The position numbers and the translations under genes are program-made. A DNA stretch of 39,207 bases. Source: a virus. The stretch is taken from the IMG/VR virus record IMGVR_UViG_3300045988_010507, positions 1-39,207 of that record; one strand, given 5' to 3'. A model generated the notes under the pieces. That model did not search any database, had not been told where the DNA came from, and saw nothing but the letters and a program-made list of their open reading frames with translations. This document shows, piece after piece, positions 1 to 7,384 of this stretch; the stretch's first letter is position 1, and every line of letters starts with the position of its first letter.

Positions 1-100
1 CGTAGTCGCCGCTGCTGCCGATCTGGGCGGAGTTGCCGCTGCTGCCGATCTGGGCGTAGTCGCCGCTGCTGCCGATCTGGGCGTAGTCGCCGCTGCTGCC
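1..100. repeat. 27-bp coding tandem repeat, about 3.7 units (same family as 39024-39207)
   Basis: Units GTAGTCGCCGCTGCTGCCGATCTGGGC lie at 2-28, 29-55 (variant GGAGTTGCC...) and 56-82, with a truncated unit at 83-100. Nt 1-23 are identical to nt 39185-39207. Confidence 0.9.
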
Positions 101-454
101 GGTAGAATTTGGCGCTTTTTCAATCGTTTCTTCCTTGAGATAATCGATGCAAGCTTTGACAAATCCGGGCAAGCCAAGCTTTACGCCAATATGCAGTTTT
201 CTTGTGGCAAACTTCCCGTTATCCCCTTCTACCGGCTTTTCCAGCGCCTTGACTGCTGCAAAGTCGCTGACTTTTCCGCTATCATTTACAAGCGGGTAAA
301 AATTAAGCACATCAAAAGGATTAACGCAATAATGCATCATTCCTTTTTCGCAAATCTCTCCGCCCTCTTCTTCATAGTCTGTGTTTTCCCGATACTGTTT
401 CCCTTTGCAGATCATGCCGGGTTCAAAGGCTTTGTAGCCGTTCAAATTATCCAT
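1..454 (-). CDS. N-terminal part of an uncharacterised phage protein (Cys-containing N-domain followed by A[Q/K]IGSSGDY nonapeptide repeats); the ORF runs off the window start and resumes at 39207
   Basis: Minus-strand ATG at 454, in an ATGGATAA overlap with the stop of the 447..974 gene. My translation: MDNLNGYKAFEPGMICKGKQYRENTDYEEEGGEICEKGMMHYCVNPFDVLNFYPLVNDSGKVSDFAAVKALEKPVEGDNGKFATRKLHIGVKLGLPGFVKACIDYLKEETIEKAPNSTGSSGDYAQIGSSGDYAQIGSSGNSAQIGSSGDY. It is open at the window edge, so it is absent from the ORF track. The N-domain resembles a widespread uncharacterised phage/Firmicute family. Confidence 0.65.
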   Translation of the reverse strand, partial: MDNLNGYKAFEPGMICKGKQYRENTDYEEEGGEICEKGMMHYCVNPFDVLNFYPLVNDSGKVSDFAAVKALEKPVEGDNGKFATRKLHIGVKLGLPGFVKACIDYLKEETIEKAPNSTGSSGDYAQIGSSGDYAQIGSSGNSAQIGSSGDY

Positions 455-974
455 TGTTTTCCTCCATATAAACATAAGCGGTTTGGACGCCAAAATCCCG
501 CGCGGCCTGATGGTCGGCAAAGAATACGTCGATGCGGTTCTCCTTGATCGCGCCGCCGCAGTCCTCGGCGGTGTATGTATGGCTCGTGCCGTCGGCAAAG
601 AAGATCGTGACAGAGGATCCGTAAGGGATCACGCGAGGGTCAACCGCGATCGTGCGCCCCTCGGTCGCCAGCGTTCCGGTCGAGGTGATGCCGTCCGTCT
701 TGCCGCAGCACTTCATGCACGGACAATAAGCGGTCAACTTAAATTCGCCGAGCGGTTCGCCGATGTCGAGCACCGCGCATCCTTCTGCGGGCTTGTCCTC
801 GCCGGAGAGCTTGTCCTCGATGACCGGCGGCTCGCCCTTGTACGGCTGCCCGGTGGTCTTGACCGTCAGCACCGCAAAGAGGATCAGCAGCGCCGCGAGG
901 AACAGGCAGACGGCGGCGATGCGCGCCGAAGCGTCGGCCTTGCGCTGCTCGCGGGTGCGTCGGTCGCGCCTCAT
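447..974 (-). CDS. Membrane-anchored 3D-domain protein (putative cell-wall binding/lytic protein)
   Basis: ORF 447..1103 trimmed to M44 (GGAGGG SD, ATGA coupling to the upstream micro-ORF). A basic N-terminus is followed by a TM segment (IAAVCLFLAALLILFAVL). The C-terminus reads LGEFKLTAYCPC..CCGKTDGITSTGT..GRTIAVDPRVIPYGS..EDCGGAIKENRIDVFF, typical of the 3D domain. Confidence 0.7.
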   Translation of the reverse strand: MRRDRRTREQRKADASARIAAVCLFLAALLILFAVLTVKTTGQPYKGEPPVIEDKLSGEDKPAEGCAVLDIGEPLGEFKLTAYCPCMKCCGKTDGITSTGTLATEGRTIAVDPRVIPYGSSVTIFFADGTSHTYTAEDCGGAIKENRIDVFFADHQAARDFGVQTAYVYMEENNG

Positions 975-1057
975 GCCCTGCCCTCCAGCTTGTCCAGTGC
1001 CCGCATAAACCAATGCGTCACGGTGCCGATGCCGATAAAGATAAACAGTGTGCTCAT
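971..1057 (-). CDS. 28-aa hydrophobic micro-protein (MSTLFIFIGIGTVTHWFMRALDKLEGRA)
   Basis: ATGA-coupled at both ends (start overlaps the stop of 1054..1203; its stop overlaps the ATG at 974). Single TM-like segment. Below the ORF-track size cutoff. Confidence 0.3.
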   Translation of the reverse strand: MSTLFIFIGIGTVTHWFMRALDKLEGRA

Positions 1058-1203
1058 TCCTTTTCTCCCTTCTTCTCGTTCGGCACAAGGCCGACAAACT
1101 CAAGGCCGCGACCGAGTGCGTAAATCTCGCCCATGATCGTCCCCAGCTTTACAGGGTCAGGGGGCGTGACCCAGATAATCTTGTACTCTGGCTTTTTTCT
1201 CAT
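1054..1203 (-). CDS. 49-aa hypothetical protein (MRKKPEYKIIWVTPPDPVKLGTIMGEIYALGRGLEFVGLVPNEKKGEKE)
   Basis: ATG at 1203 preceded by GAAAGGAAAAGG. Coding-like composition. Translationally coupled to the next micro-ORF. Confidence 0.4.
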   Translation of the reverse strand: MRKKPEYKIIWVTPPDPVKLGTIMGEIYALGRGLEFVGLVPNEKKGEKE

Positions 1204-1272
1204 TGCCTTTTCCTTTCTTCCGTGCTACAATAAGCACGGACACAATATCTTGTGGTAAGATTTGTCCCACCC

Positions 1273-1311
1273 GCCCCGCTCGATGCTGCAACATTGGGCG
1301 GGGCATTTTTT
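1273..1311 (+). terminator. GC-rich hairpin plus T-run (terminator-like in the plus orientation only) abutting the 3' end of the Cro-like gene
   Basis: GCCCCGCTC (1273-1281) pairs with GGGCGGGGC (1296-1304) over 9 bp including one G-U, followed by ATTTTTT. There is no U-run in the minus orientation. Confidence 0.3.
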
Positions 1312-1534
1312 ACTGCCCATCGCTGGATTTTAGCAGCGCGTCCACGGTAACGCCGTAGTGCTTTGCCAGCTTCTTGACTTGGCGCGGATGCGGGTGGCAC
1401 ACGCTCTCTTTCCAGTTTTTGATCGACGTCTGCGATACGTCGATTTCTTTTGCAAGACGATAATTCGTCTCGCCGCGCTCAGCTTGCAGCCGAGCAAGGT
1501 TTTCAGGAAAACTCAATTTATCCTCTCCTTTCAT
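1310..1534 (-). CDS. XRE-family HTH regulator, Cro-like (first gene of the minus-strand early operon)
   Basis: 74 aa. FPENLARLQAERGETNYRLAKEIDVSQTSIKNWKES is a classic XRE HTH. It is divergent from plus-strand genes. Confidence 0.8.
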   Translation of the reverse strand: MKGEDKLSFPENLARLQAERGETNYRLAKEIDVSQTSIKNWKESVCHPHPRQVKKLAKHYGVTVDALLKSSDGQ

Positions 1535-1539
1535 TGCTG

Positions 1540-1569
1540 TTGTTCACCTCCTCCGCTCTGTGGTAAAAT
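1540..1569 (+). promoter_or_regulatory. Candidate plus-strand promoter in the divergent switch region
   Basis: Extended -10 TGgTAAAAT at 1561-1569 with a weak -35-like TTGTTC at 1540-1545. It lies about 25 nt upstream of the AAAGGAGGTGA SD of the 1594 gene. Confidence 0.35.
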
Positions 1570-1593
1570 GGAGTACAGAAAGGAGGTGATCTC

Positions 1594-1758
1594 ATGGATC
1601 CTATTAAGCGTTACGCGCTTGACATCGCAAAAGAAATCGTTGTCGCCAAAATGTCAAACTCTACCATTCACCCCAACAAAGAAAACGGAGTGCAAGTCGC
1701 TGATTTCTTCGAAGAAATCTATAAGCGCGTCTTAGCTTTATCCAAGTCGGAAAACTAA
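1594..1758 (+). CDS. 54-aa hypothetical protein (MDPIKRYALDIAKEIVVAKMSNSTIHPNKENGVQVADFFEEIYKRVLALSKSEN)
   Basis: Strong SD AAAGGAGGTGA 5 nt upstream of the ATG at 1594. The larger ORF-track entry 1358..1735 is in another frame and looks like nonsense. Confidence 0.5.
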   Translation: MDPIKRYALDIAKEIVVAKMSNSTIHPNKENGVQVADFFEEIYKRVLALSKSEN

Positions 1759-1895
1759 CCACGTTCCAGATTCACCACCACCTGCGCGGCTGCTGCAAGG
1801 GCCTGCATCCCTTCGGCGGTCGCGCAGCCGTGTTCAGCCCACTTCTCAATAGCATTGAGCAACGTGTCCTCAAGGCGCTTTTCAGTCTCGGTCAA
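1755..1895 (-). CDS. 46-aa hypothetical protein, TTG start (TETEKRLEDTLLNAIEKWAEHGCATAEGMQALAAAAQVVVNLERG)
   Basis: GGAGGTG SD 6 nt upstream of the TTG at 1895. Convergent 4-nt overlap with 1594..1758. Confidence 0.35.
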   Translation of the reverse strand: MTETEKRLEDTLLNAIEKWAEHGCATAEGMQALAAAAQVVVNLERG

Positions 1896-2108
1896 TTTTT
1901 TCACCTCCAAAATTAGAGTATTCTATTGACAAATTGGAGCAATGGTGATACTCTAAGTTTGCGACAACTATATGTTTCTCACCAGCTCGATTTGCCGGGG
2001 TGGTCAGGTCTCTTATTGCCTGTCCACGGTTTTTAGTATACTCCAGACTTGAGCATTTGTCAATAAAGACTTGACCGTCAGATTGCACAAGTATAGAGGA
2101 TTGAATTT

Positions 2109-2501
2109 ATGCCATTTACTCAAAACTTCAATTACTGCATGGAGCAAAAGAGATACACCGCGTACAAGTTTGCAAAAATAATTGGTGCGAGTAACCAGGG
2201 CGTTTTGAATTGGCAGTCCGGAGAGTGCATTCCATATCCAAAAACCAAAAAGAAGATCGCCGACCATTTCGGCATCACGCTTGCCGAGCTGGATGGAGAC
2301 GAGCTTCCCGCGCTGCCGGAAAAAGGCGCAAAAAAAGCCCCCGATCCGAAGACCGAGGGCGTGAAAAAAGCCCCCGCCACAGAGGGCGAGGGCTATACGG
2401 AGTTGCAGAAGGCCGCTATTCAGTTTGTGTTGTCATTACCGCCGGAAAAGCTGGAGCGGTTTATAAAAATGGGCCGCGCTGCTTTTGAGGAAAACCAATG
2501 A
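2109..2501 (+). CDS. XRE-family HTH protein, candidate CI-like repressor (no peptidase domain)
   Basis: 130 aa. N-terminal HTH YTAYKFAKIIGASNQGVLNWQSGECIP..IADHFGITLAEL, then a Lys/Pro/Glu-rich linker and a C-terminal helical segment. Confidence 0.7.
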   Translation: MPFTQNFNYCMEQKRYTAYKFAKIIGASNQGVLNWQSGECIPYPKTKKKIADHFGITLAELDGDELPALPEKGAKKAPDPKTEGVKKAPATEGEGYTELQKAAIQFVLSLPPEKLERFIKMGRAAFEENQ

Positions 2502-2869
2502 AAGAAATCATCATTTCACTCGGCTGTGCTGCTATTTCCGGCATTGTCGCATGGATCGTTGCAAAACAGGCGGCAAAGGCAGAAATCAAAAAGCTGCAAA
2601 CAATATGGGCGCACGAAAAGGAAACGGCCTGCGATGCCGATTTTGACAAAATGGTATCTGCCGTTTCCCTTTACGCAAAATACCCGTCTCCAAATGATTT
2701 CCATGATGCGACCGATGCCGTCGCCGTTTATCGGGCAAAGGCAACCGAGGAAATGGCGGTCGAGGTCGACAAACTCAGCGAATTGATAGAGCGGTTCAAA
2801 CCAAATTGTGACGCGATCTTGAAGCAGTTAAATGCCGTGATCGAATGCAAGCGGAAAGCCAACGGTTAA
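2498..2869 (+). CDS. N-terminally membrane-anchored hypothetical protein
   Basis: 123 aa. ATGA coupling to 2109..2501. TM segment IIISLGCAAISGIVAWIVA, followed by a helical soluble part. Confidence 0.55.
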   Translation: MKEIIISLGCAAISGIVAWIVAKQAAKAEIKKLQTIWAHEKETACDADFDKMVSAVSLYAKYPSPNDFHDATDAVAVYRAKATEEMAVEVDKLSELIERFKPNCDAILKQLNAVIECKRKANG

Positions 2870-3042
2870 AATGCGGCCTTTCCGGCTTCGCCCTCTTTCC
2901 AAAACACTTCAAGTTCCCCGGTAAACAGGTTTCGCGCCATTCGGTAAAGCTCGGTCATTGCGGTCTCTCGATCCATGCCGTCGCATTCCATGCCGATTTC
3001 ATACTCGGCACCTTTTTCTTTACTGATCGCCCAAATTTTCAT
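2866..3042 (-). CDS. 58-aa hypothetical protein (MKIWAISKEKGAEYEIGMECDGMDRETAMTELYRMARNLFTGELEVFWKEGEAGKAAF)
   Basis: ATGA-coupled to the upstream micro-ORF with SD GGAGG upstream. Its stop overlaps the convergent 2498..2869 gene by 4 nt. Confidence 0.45.
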   Translation of the reverse strand: MKIWAISKEKGAEYEIGMECDGMDRETAMTELYRMARNLFTGELEVFWKEGEAGKAAF

Positions 3043-3161
3043 TTTAGAGCCTCCATAATTTTTTGAAGTTGTTCGTCGGATAACTTTTGTATCAGGTCAA
3101 AGGCTTCTGCCAGCATTTCTTGATATTTTATTGTATCACATTTTGCGTCGTTACACAACAT
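3039..3161 (-). CDS. 40-aa hypothetical protein (MLCNDAKCDTIKYQEMLAEAFDLIQKLSDEQLQKIMEALK)
   Basis: The ATG at 3161 overlaps the end of 3151..3303. Helical, coding-like. Below the ORF-track cutoff. Confidence 0.35.
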   Translation of the reverse strand: MLCNDAKCDTIKYQEMLAEAFDLIQKLSDEQLQKIMEALK

Positions 3162-3303
3162 CTTGCGTCCCTCCATTTGGCTCTAAGGCTATTTTTTGCT
3201 CCTCCTCCGCGAGGATGCGCTCGATCAGCGCGAGCATTTCGTCTTTCTGCTTCGGCGTTAGGAGCAGATAAAGCGCCGCCGCCGCTTGCACCTGTGTGTC
3301 CAT
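3151..3303 (-). CDS. 50-aa hypothetical protein (MDTQVQAAAALYLLLTPKQKDEMLALIERILAEEEQKIALEPNGGTQDVV)
   Basis: ORF 3151..3414 trimmed to M38, which has an AAAGGAGG SD. Confidence 0.45.
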   Translation of the reverse strand: MDTQVQAAAALYLLLTPKQKDEMLALIERILAEEEQKIALEPNGGTQDVV

Positions 3304-3489
3304 GCTTCGACCTCCTTTTCGGTATTCATATCTATTTCCACAACAGGCGTTTGCTGCACGGCGCTGTGCAACAATTAAGAAATATTGTGGAGCGGCGCGC
3401 AGCCGCGGGATCACTTTTTATTTTACTATATGTCGATTATTGCATTTTGTGCAGTCGAAAATATAATAACAGAGGGGAGAAAGTTTCTC

Positions 3490-3738
3490 ATGATGTGTCC
3501 AAATTGCGGGAGCGAAAATGTAACGATTGAAATCCAGCAGGCTACGACCTACACGAAAAAACACGGAAACGGAATTGGCGGGCATCTGAACAATGCCGCC
3601 CGCGGCTTGACTGCGTTTTGCACTCTCGGCATATCTAATCTTGTTTGGAAAAAGAGCAAGGGGAACGAAAAGACTGTCGTTAAAAACGAAAAGGTTTGCC
3701 TCTGCCAAAACTGCGGTTATTCCTGGACTATTAAGTAA
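3490..3738 (+). CDS. Zinc-ribbon protein (two CxxC pairs)
   Basis: ORF 3385..3738 trimmed to M36 (GAGGGGAGAAAG SD). MMCPNCGSENV...CLCQNCGYSWTIK. Followed by a strong terminator. Confidence 0.6.
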   Translation: MMCPNCGSENVTIEIQQATTYTKKHGNGIGGHLNNAARGLTAFCTLGISNLVWKKSKGNEKTVVKNEKVCLCQNCGYSWTIK

Positions 3739-3743
3739 CTAAA

Positions 3744-3783
3744 GGCCCCGCCGCCCTCTGCAACAAACGGCGGGGCCTTTTTG
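3744..3783 (+). terminator. Rho-independent terminator
   Basis: GGCCCCGCCG (3744-3753) pairs with CGGCGGGGCC (3768-3777), followed by TTTTTG. Confidence 0.8.
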
Positions 3784-3947
3784 CAGCCGGCGAGAAGCGG
3801 TCGCCGCTGCTTGTCTTTACCGTAGCCCACTTTGGCTTGGTAATTCAATGCCGAAGCCTTGCAATAAAACAGCGTTCGACATGGCTCGACAAGACCTCAT
3901 CTTGCGACTTTGCGGCGCGAAAATCGGAAAAAATTAAGGTGGCATAA

Positions 3948-4364
3948 ATGAATATTCAAGAAGTGTGTAGAATCCGTAAAGAAGAATTGAAACTGACCTA
4001 TCAGGAAATTTCCGACGTTTCCGGCGTTCCGCTGTCCACCGTGCAGAACTTCTTTTCCAAGTTTTCTAAAGCTCCGTCGATCTACACCGTTGCGCCGATC
4101 TGCAAAGCGCTTGGAATATCGCTTGATGAGGCGTTCGGGATTTCCGAACACCTGACGCCGACCGAGGAAACTTTGCAAGCGCGCAACGATGAGCTGGAAC
4201 GCCATGTTGACGCAAAGGCCGATACCATTGAGATCATGCGGCGCGGTGTCCATATCCGCAACGGCGCGATTGCTGTAATGTTTGTTATCATCGCTCTTCT
4301 CGCTGCGTGGTGCGTGTACATTGATTTTCATTGTGTAGATTACGGATTTTGGAGGGGGCTCTGA
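3948..4364 (+). CDS. XRE-type HTH protein with a C-terminal transmembrane anchor
   Basis: 138 aa. HTH LTYQEISDVSGVPLSTVQNFFS, a coiled segment, then TM AIAVMFVIIALLAAWCVYI. Its stop overlaps the recombinase ATG (TGATG). Confidence 0.7.
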   Translation: MNIQEVCRIRKEELKLTYQEISDVSGVPLSTVQNFFSKFSKAPSIYTVAPICKALGISLDEAFGISEHLTPTEETLQARNDELERHVDAKADTIEIMRRGVHIRNGAIAVMFVIIALLAAWCVYIDFHCVDYGFWRGL

Positions 4365-5662
4365 TGAGAGCGGCATTGTATATCCGCGTCTCGAGCGAGG
4401 AGCAGGCGCGGCACGGCTTGTCCCTGCAAGAGCAGCGGGACACGCTGACAAGGTATGCCAAAGCGAATAAAATGACCGTGGTGGGCATATATGAGGACGC
4501 GGGCATATCCGCGCGAAAGCCGTATAAAAAGCGTCCTGCGCTTCTGCGTCTGCTGGACGATTGCAAAGCAGGGAAGGTAGACACGATCTTGTTTATCAAG
4601 CTCGATCGCTGGTTTCGAAACGTTGCCGGGTACTACGATGTACAGACGCAGCTGGACAAATACGGCGTGACGTGGCAAGCGACGGAAGAGGACTACGAGA
4701 CGCGCACCGCGTCCGGGAGATTAAAGGTCAACATTATGCTTTCCGTCGCGCAGGACGAGGCCGACCGCACAAGCGAGCGAATCAAATTTATCAACGACGG
4801 CAAACGGGCAAAAGGCCAACCGGCAGGATCAAAAGCCCCTTTAGGGTATATCATCAAGGACAGGCAATACCAGATTGATAACGACACGGTAGCCGCTGCG
4901 CGAGATATGTTTGCGGCGTATATTAGACTGCAAAGCGTGCTTGGCGTAAAGAAGTATATGCTCGAGACGTGGGGCATTGACCGCGCGTATACCAAGTATG
5001 TAAACTATTTTCGGAACCGGCTTTATATCGGCGAGGTGTACGGTATTGAAAATGCTTGCCCCGCCCTAATAAGCAAGCAGGATTTTGACATTGTAAATGA
5101 TATTCTCCGCCAGCGGTCGCAGCGCTGCGCGGGAGTTGAGACCGATCGTGTTTATCTGTTCTCCGGCCTGTTGCATTGCAAAGAGTGCGGGAAAACGATG
5201 CAGTCGGAAACGGCAAAGCAGATTTATACCTACTATCGTTGCAGGACGAGAATGCTTGACAACTCCGCGTGCCAGCACAAAAAGAGGATCCGCGAAGACG
5301 CGCTGGAAGATTATTTATTGCATGAGCTTGAAGGAATCGCCGAGCGAAACAATCGCTATTACAAAAAGGCAGAAAAAAAGCCCACGCAAAGCGCGGACGC
5401 GATCCGAAAGAAAATGGGTAAGTTGAAAACGCTTTATCTTAACGATTTGATCGAGTTGGACGAATACAAGCGGGAGTATGCGAGCTTGAAAAAAGCACTT
5501 GAAGCGGTAGAGGAAAAGCCGAAGACAAACCTTGATTCGCTCCGAAACGGGCTTGCTGAGTATGACACTTACTCCCGGGAAGAGAAAAAAGAATTTTGGA
5601 CGCGCTTTATCCGGAGAATTGACGCAGATGACGAGGGCGCGTTTTTTGTAACGCCCCGTTAG
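4364..5662 (+). CDS. Large serine recombinase (phage integrase)
   Basis: ORF 4331..5662 trimmed to M12 (GGAGGGGG SD). MRAALYIRVSSEEQ..GLSLQEQ is the catalytic Ser motif of resolvase/invertase-type recombinases. It is followed by a recombinase domain, the zinc ribbon CKECG...YYRC and a C-terminal coiled coil. Confidence 0.9.
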   Translation: MRAALYIRVSSEEQARHGLSLQEQRDTLTRYAKANKMTVVGIYEDAGISARKPYKKRPALLRLLDDCKAGKVDTILFIKLDRWFRNVAGYYDVQTQLDKYGVTWQATEEDYETRTASGRLKVNIMLSVAQDEADRTSERIKFINDGKRAKGQPAGSKAPLGYIIKDRQYQIDNDTVAAARDMFAAYIRLQSVLGVKKYMLETWGIDRAYTKYVNYFRNRLYIGEVYGIENACPALISKQDFDIVNDILRQRSQRCAGVETDRVYLFSGLLHCKECGKTMQSETAKQIYTYYRCRTRMLDNSACQHKKRIREDALEDYLLHELEGIAERNNRYYKKAEKKPTQSADAIRKKMGKLKTLYLNDLIELDEYKREYASLKKALEAVEEKPKTNLDSLRNGLAEYDTYSREEKKEFWTRFIRRIDADDEGAFFVTPR

Positions 5663-5710
5663 GCATATTTGCCCTTGGTGTTCCAAAAGGTAAATTATGC
5701 CCAAAAGAAT

Positions 5711-5732
5711 CCCCCCGTCTTACGACGGGGGG
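5711..5732. terminator. Bidirectional terminator hairpin between convergent genes
   Basis: CCCCCCGTC-TTAC-GACGGGGGG (9-bp stem) lies between the integrase stop (5662) and the stop of 5738..6073. T-rich tracts flank it on both strands. Confidence 0.7.
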
Positions 5733-5737
5733 TGTTC

Positions 5738-6073
5738 TCATTTTTCGAGCTTCCGCATCACGCTGTTGTACACGCGTTCATTGACGATTTTAAGGCTGTC
5801 CATCAGCTCATCCATGACCTCCCACGCTCTTGCCGGAGACATGGCGGAGACGGCCTGCAAAAAATCGCTGTCGCCGTAGCTGCCTACCGTTTCAGACACA
5901 TAGGTCTTGACCGGCGCAGGAGCTGCCGAATACAACATCGGCCTTTCCGGTTCTTTGGGCGCGTTTTGATTTTGGATGATGTACAGCGCCGCAAGCTTCT
6001 GGTAATTGGGCCAGCTCGATTCCTCTGTCTCAAGCCGCGATATCCACAGATTGACCTCGTTTTCGTCGATCAA
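5738..6073 (-). CDS. Hypothetical protein
   Basis: 111 aa with coding-like composition (MIDENEVNLWISRLETEESSWPNYQKLAALYIIQNQ...). Last gene of the operon that starts at the 7340-7368 promoter. Confidence 0.55.
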   Translation of the reverse strand: MIDENEVNLWISRLETEESSWPNYQKLAALYIIQNQNAPKEPERPMLYSAAPAPVKTYVSETVGSYGDSDFLQAVSAMSPARAWEVMDELMDSLKIVNERVYNSVMRKLEK

Positions 6074-6088
6074 GGGGACGCACCCCCT

Positions 6089-6502
6089 TTATTCCTCCAT
6101 CAGGCTCGCGGCACGACGCAGCGCTTCCTTTACACGGTCGTCGTCCGTCTCGCGCATCATGTCGTTGATCTGCTCGCGCAGGTGCTCCATGCCGTCGGCG
6201 CGGCTGTAGTGCCCGCGGACGTAATGCGTGCCGCGGCGAGCATAGGAGCTGCCCCTGCCGTAAGTGCCGCGCATATCGGCCTGCCAGTCGCCGCCGCGAG
6301 AATAATCACCGTCGCGGGAATAGTCTCCATCGCGAGAATAACCGTTATCTTCCATCATCTCGATCTTGTCGATGTTCTTGATGGTGGCGGTCAGCTTGTG
6401 CGCGATCTCAAGGTCGCCCGCGCCCAGGTCGCCTTTACGCGCCAGCTCGTCGAGTTCGTCGCACAGCATATTGCGCAGATCATACATTGCTTTCTTGCTC
6501 AT
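6089..6502 (-). CDS. Hypothetical protein with a central (YSRDGD) tandem peptide repeat and an Arg/Tyr/Gly-rich segment
   Basis: ORF 6089..6529 trimmed to M10 (AAAGGAGAA SD, ATGA coupling to 6499..7302). GYSRDGDYSRDGDYSRGGDW...YGRGSSYARRGTHYVRGHYSR. Confidence 0.55.
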   Translation of the reverse strand: MSKKAMYDLRNMLCDELDELARKGDLGAGDLEIAHKLTATIKNIDKIEMMEDNGYSRDGDYSRDGDYSRGGDWQADMRGTYGRGSSYARRGTHYVRGHYSRADGMEHLREQINDMMRETDDDRVKEALRRAASLMEE

Positions 6503-7302
6503 GTCCATTCTCCTTTCAAGACATACCAATACTTGCCCGCTCTCTTTCCTTTTACAAGCCCCAATCTAACCCGACGGGCTGCTGCGACAGTGCTAATTCC
6601 TTCTTCTGCCGCATAATCAGAGAGTTTCTGCAAATTGGATGGTGTATTGTGTTTTATGTTCCATTCTTCCAAAATTTCGTCAAGTGAAACTCCACATTTC
6701 ACCCTTCGGTATACAAATGATTTGTCATAAATCCCATTGTTATCAGCAAACTCCGATGCAGTTATTTTTCTACCGTGATAATCATAAAAGGTAGTAACTG
6801 CACGGTTATCTTGCTGCTCTTTGGCTGTTGCCCATCTGCAATTATCAGGAGAATACCCCTTTGTTCCATCAATGCGGTCAATGCTTTGATGCGTCTTGTC
6901 AAGGCCCTCAACATAACCGCTTGAAACCGCCCATTCTCTGAATGATGCAAACGAGTTATTCCAATCGTCGCATACGGTAATGCCTTTTGCGCCATAGTTT
7001 TTATAAGAAGAGTCCCATGCCTTATAGCATCTATTTCTCATCCCTTGCCAAATCTTATATAAACGAGAATAACTCCCGTCGTGAGTTGTGTTTTCTTTTG
7101 CAAATTTCTCCTTGCACTCTTCTCTAAGGCATCCGCACGATAATTGTCCTGTAAGCAACCTGCTTGCGTGCAAATCTATTTGCGCTCCGCAATCACATTT
7201 GCAGTGCCATGTTGTTCTTCCGAAATCGGACTTCCCAACAACCAGCAGTCTCCCAAATTTTTTTCCAGAAAAATCAATGCCTACATAACTCTTGCGTTTC
7301 AT
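6499..7302 (-). CDS. HNH_3-like / homing-endonuclease-like DNA-binding protein, paralog 1
   Basis: ORF 6499..7317 trimmed to M6 (TGGAGGA SD). Contains one GKKFGRLLVVG...WHCKCDCG...SCGC module, then YKIWQGMRNRC..YKNYGAKGITVCDDW..F..W..SGY...SIDRIDGTKGYSPDNCRWATAKEQQDNR. Visibly lower GC than the flanks. Confidence 0.6.
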   Translation of the reverse strand: MKRKSYVGIDFSGKKFGRLLVVGKSDFGRTTWHCKCDCGAQIDLHASRLLTGQLSCGCLREECKEKFAKENTTHDGSYSRLYKIWQGMRNRCYKAWDSSYKNYGAKGITVCDDWNNSFASFREWAVSSGYVEGLDKTHQSIDRIDGTKGYSPDNCRWATAKEQQDNRAVTTFYDYHGRKITASEFADNNGIYDKSFVYRRVKCGVSLDEILEEWNIKHNTPSNLQKLSDYAAEEGISTVAAARRVRLGLVKGKRAGKYWYVLKGEWT

Positions 7303-7339
7303 TCGGCAATCCTCCATTTAATGTATTTGGACAAAACAA

Positions 7340-7368
7340 ATTATACATCAAATGTTTGCAAATAGCAA
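7340..7368 (-). promoter_or_regulatory. Near-consensus sigma-70-type promoter for paralog 1
   Basis: On the minus strand: TTGCTA (7363-7368), a 17-nt spacer, then TATAAT (7340-7345). It lies about 38 nt upstream of the ATG at 7302. Confidence 0.6.
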
Positions 7369-7384
7369 TGGTTGACCGTGTTTC

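Noticed and set aside
5669-6616. 315-aa plus-strand ORF
   Set aside because: It is antisense to two well-supported minus-strand genes (5738..6073 and 6089..6502). Its Arg/Ala/His-rich composition is typical of shadow frames in GC-rich DNA, and it has no SD.
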